Positions 9,987 to 17,546 of a stretch of 64,000 nt of DNA are shown here, in pieces. Location of the stretch: IMG/VR virus record IMGVR_UViG_2695420571_000019; one strand, written 5' to 3'. The notes under the pieces were generated by a model, which ran no database searches, was not told the DNA's origin, and saw nothing but the letters and a program-made list of their open reading frames with translations. Each line of letters starts with the position of its first letter. Position 1 is the first letter of the stretch. Both the position numbers and the translations under genes were made by a program. This stretch comes from an uncultured virus (IMG/VR IMGVR_UViG_2695420571_000019). Lineage: Duplodnaviria; Heunggongvirae; Uroviricota; Caudoviricetes.

Positions 9987-11000
9987 ATGCCGACTTTAAC
10001 ACTAAACGGACGCCACGTCGATGTAGATATCCGATATGAACTCGAACAATTCGAATGGACTCGACCTACCTGGACGGAAGACCGGTTGCTCGCAGCCAGT
10101 CCGTTCCGTTACGATCGAACGCCAAGCTTCTACGTATATCTCGAAGATACAGCGTCCGCAAAGGCCGGCTACTGGGGCGATTCAGGCGCTTATGATGCCG
10201 AGTTTGCGCGCGGCGGGTTCGTTAAATTACTCGCTTTCCTGCGCGCTGAAACCGAAGACGAAACTGTCGATTATTTATTGGACGCGTATGCACCGATGGC
10301 TAAAGACGGACGCCTAACGCTTCGCCTTCCGAAACTTAAAGCCGTAGCAAAACCAGAACCTTTGCCGGAATCTATGCTGGCGGACGTTCAGGCCGGACCT
10401 AACGACTATCTAACCGGACGCGGCATATCGGCTGAAGTACAGCGCGAGGCTGACGTGGGTCTTGTCGGAAATGCGGTCGCGATTCCGTGGCGTCTGCCTA
10501 ACGGGCGACTCGCTAACGTGAAATATCGATCAACGTGCGGCAAGGCTTTTTGGTACGTAAAAGGCGGATGGCCTATTCGCGATTTAGTCTACGGAATGGA
10601 CCTCGTTTATGCCAGGCGGCTAAGGCACGCGGTCATTTGCGAGGCGGAAATCGATGCTATGGCGTGGCGTTCGGTCGGGGTTCCGGCGATTGGAACCGGC
10701 GGCAGCGCATTTAATTTGAAAAAGGCGGACATAATTACGCAGTCACCTATCGAATATTTAACGGTGGTTACAGATAACGACAAAGCTGGCGATAAATTAC
10801 GTGCGGCGATTGAGCGTTATTTAAACGGAAAGGTGCGGCTTGCGCACGGTTATATAACGGAGGTGAAAGACGCTAATGAGCTTCTAGTGGCGCGCGGTGC
10901 AGAGGCGTTGAGAAACGTTTATGATCGTGCGGAGGGCGTACGTACTGTATTACGTGTCGGTTCGGGAATTTCCGAACTTCAGGTCGGCCGGAGGTTCTAG
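9987..11000 (+). CDS. DNA primase (Toprim)
   Basis: 'ICEAEIDAM', 'TDNDKAG', 'KDANE'. Confidence 0.88.
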   Translation: MPTLTLNGRHVDVDIRYELEQFEWTRPTWTEDRLLAASPFRYDRTPSFYVYLEDTASAKAGYWGDSGAYDAEFARGGFVKLLAFLRAETEDETVDYLLDAYAPMAKDGRLTLRLPKLKAVAKPEPLPESMLADVQAGPNDYLTGRGISAEVQREADVGLVGNAVAIPWRLPNGRLANVKYRSTCGKAFWYVKGGWPIRDLVYGMDLVYARRLRHAVICEAEIDAMAWRSVGVPAIGTGGSAFNLKKADIITQSPIEYLTVVTDNDKAGDKLRAAIERYLNGKVRLAHGYITEVKDANELLVARGAEALRNVYDRAEGVRTVLRVGSGISELQVGRRF

Positions 11001-11242
11001 CCCTCCGTTTCGTCGCCGGATACCTCTACCCACTCGTATAAGTCTTCGAGTCTACAGCCGAGTGCACGAGCGATATTATAGGCGAGCTCGATATTCGGTA
11101 TATTGCGAAGACTGGCGTAATCAGAAATACGCGATTTATCTAGTCCGACCTTGGCTGCGAGTTGCGCGTGTTCAATTCCGATATCTTTGCATAATTCGGG
11201 TATCCGGCATTTGCCGACCTTAAACGTAATAAACACCTCCAT
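10997..11242 (-). CDS. XRE/Cro-family HTH regulator, divergent from aimR
   Basis: 'HAQLAAKVGLDKSRISDYASLRNIPNIELAYNIARALGCRLEDLY'. Confidence 0.8.
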   Translation of the reverse strand: MEVFITFKVGKCRIPELCKDIGIEHAQLAAKVGLDKSRISDYASLRNIPNIELAYNIARALGCRLEDLYEWVEVSGDETEG

Positions 11243-11310
11243 TTCGTAAAGGTGTCTTATACATTGTATATTATTGTCTTCTCAATTTCCATAATTACAG
11301 AAAAAAATTA

Positions 11311-11340
11311 TTGACTTATCGATAAAGAGATAATTATAAT
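11311..11340 (+). promoter_or_regulatory. sigma-A promoter of aimR
   Basis: TTGACT-N18-TATAAT; palindrome TTATCGATAA at 11316-11325. Confidence 0.7.
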
Positions 11341-11407
11341 TAGGGTAAGAGAAATCACCAAAGATAATCTTCATTACACTCGATATGTAGAGGGGGGTCT
11401 TTACATA

Positions 11408-12634
11408 ATGAAAGACGCAAAGGCTTTTTTGTTTGATAAAATAGAAGATAGAGACGATTTAACTAATGAAACGTTGCTGAGGGTATTGGATGTAAGTTCG
11501 AGGCAACTTACTTATTTAAGAAACGGACAGAGGAACCTTACCTTTCACCATATGCTTAAAATTTGTATGCTTGTCGAACCGTCTGACTACAAAAGTTTAA
11601 TGCGCGAGCTGTGCCCATCACTTTCCACAGACAACTGCATCAAGAATTCATTTGAATATGCTGCCGTTACAAGAGATTTAGTTTTACTTGAGAGGCTTTT
11701 AGAAGTTCACGCAAATGAAAGGGGTACTGTCGGCGAGTATGTTCGATTTTATTCTTTCTTATTCAAGTATATGAAAGGCGAGATAAAGTTTTATATGCTA
11801 AAAGAAAGCCTTTTCGAATTCCGAAAATCAAGTGCACCTACTCTTAGAATACTAGTTGATATTTATGATTGTCTGGCAGACTTAATAGAAGGAGACTGTC
11901 TCGATGTTCTTGAAAAGTCAAAAGCTATTGGTGAAAGCATAAGAATGCTGAATAATAGAAATTACCCCTTAATGAAAGAGTTTTATGCTTACCGTCTATC
12001 TGAAATACTTGCCCACTCCCACCTACAACTAAACAATCTAGAGTCAGCAAGAAAATACGCTAACATTCTTATACACGCAAACATAAATAAGAGGATTGAG
12101 TCAGATTCTTTTTATGTCTTAGGAATGTCCTATTTATTAAACGATCAGGAAAAGTGTTTACTATTTTTGAATAAAAGTTATTCTATAGCAAAGGAACTCG
12201 GAGGGATTTATGAGTCACTAGGACACTTCAATCTAAATTTTGCAAAATTACTTCTGAAAAACGAACTCGATGAAGGATCTCACCTCTCACTAGTAGCGTT
12301 ACAAAAATTAATCAACGGAGAAAGTTCGTTCCATAACGAATATTCCAACCTGATCAGTATTAAAGATCCTCAATTCATTCAGTATGCGGAAAGTTATAGA
12401 AGTAAAGAAGACAGAATAAATAAATTTCTTGATTTTGTGTCCAAATCTCAATATTACTTTGCAGTTATTATTGTAAGAGATATTATAAACACGGGGGAAG
12501 ACTCCCAGTTTGTAACTTCTCTTATAAATCTTAAAAATAACAGAGAAGAAAAAGGAGATGTTTTGTTTGAAGAAGATTTTATTCGGAGTTTTAGGGTTGG
12601 TAGCGATTATCAGCATAGGATTGTTTGGCGTTGA
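11408..12634 (+). CDS. aimR: arbitrium peptide receptor AimR-like (RRNPP family, HTH + TPR)
   Basis: 408 aa, AT-rich, N-terminal HTH-like region, 'IKNSFEYAA' and TPR-like helices; its 3' end overlaps a signal-peptide microgene. Confidence 0.85.
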   Translation: MKDAKAFLFDKIEDRDDLTNETLLRVLDVSSRQLTYLRNGQRNLTFHHMLKICMLVEPSDYKSLMRELCPSLSTDNCIKNSFEYAAVTRDLVLLERLLEVHANERGTVGEYVRFYSFLFKYMKGEIKFYMLKESLFEFRKSSAPTLRILVDIYDCLADLIEGDCLDVLEKSKAIGESIRMLNNRNYPLMKEFYAYRLSEILAHSHLQLNNLESARKYANILIHANINKRIESDSFYVLGMSYLLNDQEKCLLFLNKSYSIAKELGGIYESLGHFNLNFAKLLLKNELDEGSHLSLVALQKLINGESSFHNEYSNLISIKDPQFIQYAESYRSKEDRINKFLDFVSKSQYYFAVIIVRDIINTGEDSQFVTSLINLKNNREEKGDVLFEEDFIRSFRVGSDYQHRIVWR

Positions 12635-12686
12635 GATGGTAGACAGTTCGTCAGTAGAAACAGCAGCGAATCAACTTGGAGGATAA
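12567..12686 (+). CDS. aimP: arbitrium pre-pro-peptide AimP (39 aa; predicted mature peptide ANQLGG)
   Basis: AAAGGAG RBS, TTG start, MKKILFGVLGLVAIISIGLFGVEMVDSSSVETAANQLGG*; signal peptide, acidic pro-region and VETA|hexapeptide. Confidence 0.85.
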   Translation: MKKILFGVLGLVAIISIGLFGVEMVDSSSVETAANQLGG

Positions 12687-12695
12687 TATGAGACA

Positions 12696-12732
12696 AGACA
12701 CGACCCAAAGGTCGTGTCTATTTATTATCTTT
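12696..12732 (+). terminator. terminator after aimP
   Basis: Perfect 10-bp stem AGACACGACC-CAAA-GGTCGTGTCT followed by an AT/T-rich tail. Confidence 0.75.
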
Positions 12733-12844
12733 CGTATCGGAACAATCAGGAATTTTATTGGGTTTGTTCATTTTTGAAAAATACTGAATCTTTCATGTTA
12801 GTATTCAATTAAGAAATAAAAACAAAAAAAAATCTTCAATTTAT

Positions 12845-12882
12845 GTGTCCGTTTTGGAATGAGTATGTGCAGTTATATATGA
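12845..12882 (+). promoter_or_regulatory. phage-specific promoter-like motif upstream of the sigma-like gene
   Basis: GTGTCCGTTTTGG-N10-TGCAGTTATATATGA. Confidence 0.65.
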
Positions 12883-12885
12883 GAG

Positions 12886-13530
12886 GTGATTTTGTTGAAA
12901 ACAAACAAAAACTTAATAGTACTTATCGAGAAATATCAAGAGACAGGAGACTCGTGTTATTTCGACCAGGTATTTGATCATTTCCAGTATTTGATGAGAG
13001 GTATTGCATTGAAATATACCCGCGATTGTCAACTGTTGTACGATGATCTGATAAGTGTTCTATATGAAAAGATGTGGGAATGTCTTAAAAATTTTGACTC
13101 AAGAAGGACAGGCAATCTAGAAAACCACTTAAAAGTTCGACTATTTAGAAGTGCTATAAATTTTACACAAAGTAAGCAGTTGACGTATATAAAAAAGAGA
13201 ATACCAATGGATACAACTGCGGAAGAGAATGCTGCAACATTCGAATCCGGCGAAGCTATCCGAATTGAGGATTACGTGGTTTCTAGAGTAGACGGAGAAA
13301 TAAAAACGGACCAAGATAAGCTGCAACTTATCAAGGCCCTAACAGTAAATTCCGATGCCGTAACGACTGCAATCGTTAATGAGCATCTTTCGAGTGAGCG
13401 ACCTACATACGCTTCGATCGGCAGTAAGGTAGGCGTTCACTACAAAAAAGTAGAACGTGTGATCAAAGGTTTAGCGAAAAATTACGACGCTTCTCAACAC
13501 GGCGAACTTAACGCTTTTCTATCTGTATAA
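12886..13530 (+). CDS. sigma-70-like phage transcription factor
   Basis: Region-2-like 'YDDLISVLYEKMWECLKNFD' and C-terminal HTH 'TYASIGSKVGVHYKKVERVI'; true start may be TTG at 12892 or 12895. Confidence 0.7.
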   Translation: MILLKTNKNLIVLIEKYQETGDSCYFDQVFDHFQYLMRGIALKYTRDCQLLYDDLISVLYEKMWECLKNFDSRRTGNLENHLKVRLFRSAINFTQSKQLTYIKKRIPMDTTAEENAATFESGEAIRIEDYVVSRVDGEIKTDQDKLQLIKALTVNSDAVTTAIVNEHLSSERPTYASIGSKVGVHYKKVERVIKGLAKNYDASQHGELNAFLSV

Positions 13531-13672
13531 CACGCTATACGTAACTAGGTCCGAGGACGTTCGTTACTCCTCTATAATACAATTCGTTGCCAACGGAATC
13601 AAGCGAACACTTTACGAACGCATCCCCGCGACCTAGTACGATAATCTCAATTAAAACGGAGGCTAACGTACT

Positions 13673-13828
13673 ATGACTACTTTAAATTTACCCAATCTTA
13701 ACGAAATCCAAACGTTAATCGCGCTAGATGAGCGCAAACTTACCGAAGTTATTTATCAAGGCGCATGGCCGCACGACGAAGATCCGGCCGATTACTATCC
13801 GGCCATTAAGGCGGTGCGCGTCGGATGA
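13673..13828 (+). CDS. hypothetical protein (51 aa, not in ORF track)
   Basis: GGAGG RBS, MTTLNLPNL...AVRVG, ATGA overlap with the next gene. Confidence 0.6.
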   Translation: MTTLNLPNLNEIQTLIALDERKLTEVIYQGAWPHDEDPADYYPAIKAVRVG

Positions 13829-14391
13829 AACATTACGAGGTCACAAAGCACGCTGTTGACCGCGCTGTAGAACGATTAGGGATAAGTCGCCCACAAGCCG
13901 CCGGACATATTCGGCAACTAATGCAAACGGCTTTCTATGTAGGCGATCTTAACAACGAATATGGTCATCGAACAAAAGCGTTCGATCATATTAAATCAAG
14001 AACACGATTGATCGTCGATGGTATTCGCGTAGTGACCGTTTACAAAATGGCCGATCCTTTGGCGCCAGTCGAAGATAACCCGACCGCAAGTACACCGCCA
14101 ATTACCGAACTTCCTGACGAACTCAAGACGGTACTTAAACGCAAGTCTGACGCTTTGGTTGTCCGTCGTAATCGCGAATTACGAACTCTTACGATTCAGC
14201 TTGCGGAAAAGAATCTCGAAATCGCCCAACTCGAATTGAATCGCGCTAGAGCAAGAGCGCATAAGATTATCGCTGTTATCGACGCGAAAATAGACGTTGC
14301 GAAGAAAGAACACGCAGTCATTAACGAAAAAGTTAACGCGATTAAATACGAAATCAATTCGATTGAAAAAGGAGTGGCGGCCTATGTCTGA
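13825..14391 (+). CDS. hypothetical protein with coiled coil
   Basis: 'TKHAVDRAVERLG' N-terminus, coiled-coil C-terminus. Confidence 0.7.
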   Translation: MKHYEVTKHAVDRAVERLGISRPQAAGHIRQLMQTAFYVGDLNNEYGHRTKAFDHIKSRTRLIVDGIRVVTVYKMADPLAPVEDNPTASTPPITELPDELKTVLKRKSDALVVRRNRELRTLTIQLAEKNLEIAQLELNRARARAHKIIAVIDAKIDVAKKEHAVINEKVNAIKYEINSIEKGVAAYV

Positions 14392-14488
14392 CGCTGTATG
14401 GATCGTTCCTATTGTCGTGATTATCAGCGCGGTCATTATCGGCGGCATGTGGACGCAAATAAACGAAGACGAAAAGAAGACGCAGTAA
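14384..14488 (+). CDS. small membrane protein (34 aa)
   Basis: AAGGAG RBS, one TM segment. Confidence 0.5.
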   Translation: MSDAVWIVPIVVIISAVIIGGMWTQINEDEKKTQ

Positions 14489-14635
14489 GGGCGCCAGGCC
14501 CTCGGAGAATGTCGGGGTGGCCGTTAAGTAATTCGGGTCGCGTCGCTACTGCCAAGCGCTGGCGGCGTTTCGGGCGCAGATACCGGCATTTTGCGAGGGC
14601 TTAACGCTCAATATTAAAACGTAGGGGGAAAACGA

Positions 14636-15442
14636 ATGACACAATTTCAAACAGGCGCAGAGGCACTCGGTTCATTAATCGGAGGTAACGGTGGCGGTAG
14701 TTCGAAAAAGGATAAGGTCGACTTTACGAAGCTAGGCAGTGAGCCGATTAAAGTCCGCGTAAAATCGCCGTTTGACTTAATGCGCTACTTTGCTTATGGA
14801 GTACACGGTAAAGTAAACACGTTTATTGCGAAGAATCCTCCGACTTACAACGATAAAGGGTTCGCAAGCGGAAATTTGACGCCTTGGGATAAAGCTTCTG
14901 ATTATTACTATAAATTAGCGCAAAAAGAACCGGATAAATCAGCGAAACGGCAAGAACTTTCTACACTCGGATATAGGTTCCGTGCTAAACCGCGATATAT
15001 TATGGGCTTCTACGATTTAGAGTCCGGCAAAGATATTATCGTCGATTTCACGAAGAAACAAGCCGAAGCCGTTTACTCGACTATTTTGGAATATGTGGAG
15101 ACGGATGAAGACGGAAAAATTATCGAAGACGGAGAACACGATATCTACAACATGGCGTTCAAGCTATCGAAAAAGGGTGAGAGCACCAATACAGTGGGAT
15201 CACTTGCGCCAATCATTAACCTTTCGAAAGGTTTGACGGCAGAAGAACAAGCGAATCTTGAATCTTCCGCAGGCCAGCCGTTCGATACTTCGATGTTCGA
15301 GGGCGTTCTATACGAAATGGACGAAGAGGAAATGATTAAGTCGCTCGTCAAAGCGGACTTCGATATCAGCATTCTCGGCTTAACGATCGGCGGAAACGCG
15401 GCAGAATCTAACGAGCCAACTTCCGAAGAACTACCGTTCTAA
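14636..15442 (+). CDS. putative single-stranded DNA-binding protein
   Basis: Acidic C-terminus ending EELPF; located before the polymerase cluster. Confidence 0.6.
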   Translation: MTQFQTGAEALGSLIGGNGGGSSKKDKVDFTKLGSEPIKVRVKSPFDLMRYFAYGVHGKVNTFIAKNPPTYNDKGFASGNLTPWDKASDYYYKLAQKEPDKSAKRQELSTLGYRFRAKPRYIMGFYDLESGKDIIVDFTKKQAEAVYSTILEYVETDEDGKIIEDGEHDIYNMAFKLSKKGESTNTVGSLAPIINLSKGLTAEEQANLESSAGQPFDTSMFEGVLYEMDEEEMIKSLVKADFDISILGLTIGGNAAESNEPTSEELPF

Positions 15443-15475
15443 TCACGCATAACCAAACGAAAAGGAGGCGCTCAT

Positions 15476-15913
15476 ATGGCGCATAGAACAGAAGATACCG
15501 GCAAATATTCGGAACTGATCGCTCGTGCTGCGCTGCTGGCTAGCGGCTGGCAGGCGGTCAGTACGTCCGAAACGGAAGAATCATTCGATATTAGCGCGAA
15601 AGACCCGTTGAGCGGCGAGTGGAAAACGTTCCAGGTGAAGACGATTATTGTACGTGAAAAGCGCGGCGGCAAGCGGATCGTCCAGGCGCGGAAGAACGAC
15701 GGCACGCCTTATACGCTTGATGAAGTCGATTACTTTATCGGCGTCGAGGTCGGTACGGGTCCGGCGCCCGCCGTTTGGATGTTCGAGAATCGCGAGCTGA
15801 CCGAATATTGGGGGCCGCAGTCGAAGGAAGGCAAGCGATGGGTACGGATGGACTTGGCGTTCAGTCGCGAAGACGTAGAGTTTATGGAAATTAACGAAGC
15901 GGAGGCGGTATAA
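15476..15913 (+). CDS. PD-(D/E)XK nuclease
   Basis: 'GKYSELIA...FDI...FQVKT...VDYFIGV'. Confidence 0.7.
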   Translation: MAHRTEDTGKYSELIARAALLASGWQAVSTSETEESFDISAKDPLSGEWKTFQVKTIIVREKRGGKRIVQARKNDGTPYTLDEVDYFIGVEVGTGPAPAVWMFENRELTEYWGPQSKEGKRWVRMDLAFSREDVEFMEINEAEAV

Positions 15914-16120
15914 ATGGGATACATCGTTAGGGTACACGTTGGAGACAGCCATAAGACAGGCGTTTTAACTAGGCCGATATTGGCGGGACAGCCGGAGCAC
16001 GAGCCGTGGGTTTTCGAATATCGTGATGATGCCGCGATGAAGGCTCGTAAATTACGTGAGGGAAGTTCTATCAACGTATGGTGCACGATCGAGGAATATA
16101 ACGATACGGAGGCGGTTTGA
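15914..16120 (+). CDS. hypothetical protein
   Basis: 68 aa, GGAGG RBS. Confidence 0.6.
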   Translation: MGYIVRVHVGDSHKTGVLTRPILAGQPEHEPWVFEYRDDAAMKARKLREGSSINVWCTIEEYNDTEAV

Positions 16121-17356
16121 TTGGCGAAATTAGAAGGCGTTAAGACACTCGATATGGTGAACGGTGAAATTACGAAGGTTGAGTATAACTGTGCGACTTA
16201 CGAGCGTGTGGACGGCGAAGCGAAAGCGGGGGATATCGGACTACGTATAGACAAACCGACTTCCTACGCTACAGTTGGCGCATTTTATCAATTCGTATAT
16301 GATCTTGGTGGTCTAAGTTTTATTGACGATGTCGGAGATAAACCGTATGTGGCGGGGAACCATTTTGCAATATTCCGCAAAGTCGCCGCCAGCACCAATC
16401 CGTCCGTAGAAGAACGCGTAGCAAAGGCGGAAGGCGAGATCGAATCGTTAAAATCCGACGTGGCTGCCTTGAAGGGTGGAGCGGAATATAAGCGAATTGC
16501 CAAAAGCGAAGCGCGAGCGGGCGATTACGTAAAGTTCGATGATCCTCCGAGCTATCTAACTGATAAGGAATATTACGAAATTAAAGAATTTTATGACGGA
16601 GACCCCATAATTATTGACGATGATAACGATGAATACGACACCTACGCTTACAATTTCGAATTTTACCGCAAAGTCAGCGCCTCAAGCGTAGAGACCGAGC
16701 CGAAGCCTGAGCGTCTGAAGGTCGGTGATTATGCGAAGGTGGTCCGTGAGGAATTCGGCCACCTGTTTGATACCGATGACATAATCGAGTTAATTGGGGT
16801 GGGAAACAACCCGAATTTTATAGCGCGAAGTCTCTTAGACGGGGAAGTTTGGTACGTCGCTGCATCGGAAGTTGTACGCGCCACTGACGAAGAAGTTGCC
16901 GAAGCTAAAGACGCAGTAGCACGCGCTAAATTCAAAAGAGGCGATAAGGTGCGGTTGAAGTCGGGCGGTGAAAAGTTTCCTTTGAGTGGGTTTAGTGACG
17001 GTGGGGTTTATACGGTTATGTATAATGACTTCAATCACTTACTTGGTAAGCGTATTCGAATCGCTGACGGTACCGAAAGGTTCGGTTATGCAACGCCAGA
17101 CCAACTCGAAATGTTATCCGAAGAGGAAGCCGCCGAACGCAAGAAATGGGCGGAAATCGGACGCGAGGTTGGCGAGTATAAGGTCGGTGATATATTCCGC
17201 CGCAATTACGACGGAGATTTGTTCGAGATCACTCGCATAGATGACCGATTGCAATATCCGATCAGATTCACGGATTTAACGGGCGATGAGAACGGATGCA
17301 AGTACGAAGCGAATCTAACGCTAGTCACGCCAGTTGAGGCGCGCTTTGACCGCTAA
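16121..17356 (+). CDS. modular phage protein with repeated small beta domains
   Basis: Repeated (K/R)xGD.V modules plus a coiled coil. Confidence 0.7.
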   Translation: MAKLEGVKTLDMVNGEITKVEYNCATYERVDGEAKAGDIGLRIDKPTSYATVGAFYQFVYDLGGLSFIDDVGDKPYVAGNHFAIFRKVAASTNPSVEERVAKAEGEIESLKSDVAALKGGAEYKRIAKSEARAGDYVKFDDPPSYLTDKEYYEIKEFYDGDPIIIDDDNDEYDTYAYNFEFYRKVSASSVETEPKPERLKVGDYAKVVREEFGHLFDTDDIIELIGVGNNPNFIARSLLDGEVWYVAASEVVRATDEEVAEAKDAVARAKFKRGDKVRLKSGGEKFPLSGFSDGGVYTVMYNDFNHLLGKRIRIADGTERFGYATPDQLEMLSEEEAAERKKWAEIGREVGEYKVGDIFRRNYDGDLFEITRIDDRLQYPIRFTDLTGDENGCKYEANLTLVTPVEARFDR

Positions 17357-17525
17357 AGCCGCCGCCGTCTGCGCCAATTGCAACGCTAACCTCTACGAAG
17401 GGCGATCCGCCATTTATGATTCGCTCTTCGAGGTATATGCGTGCGACGCGACGTGTTGGTCGGAATGGTATGCGGAAAACGAACCGGAATATAAACGGAG
17501 ATGGACGGAGGCGGTCGATCTGTAA
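17334..17525 (+). CDS. small Cys-rich (zinc-finger) protein
   Basis: CANC...CDATC. Confidence 0.55.
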   Translation: MRRALTAKAAAVCANCNANLYEGRSAIYDSLFEVYACDATCWSEWYAENEPEYKRRWTEAVDL

Positions 17526-17546
17526 AACGCGAAAGGAGGACGACAG

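Noticed and set aside
11343..11379. GGGTAA-N25-TTACAC as an AimR box upstream of aimR
   Set aside because: It is imperfect and its half-site differs from the candidate downstream of aimP, so support is insufficient.
11374..11386. TTACACTCGATAT shared with 36645-36657
   Set aside because: A single 13-mer match is expected by chance in 64 kb, and the GTAACTTAA half-site is absent.
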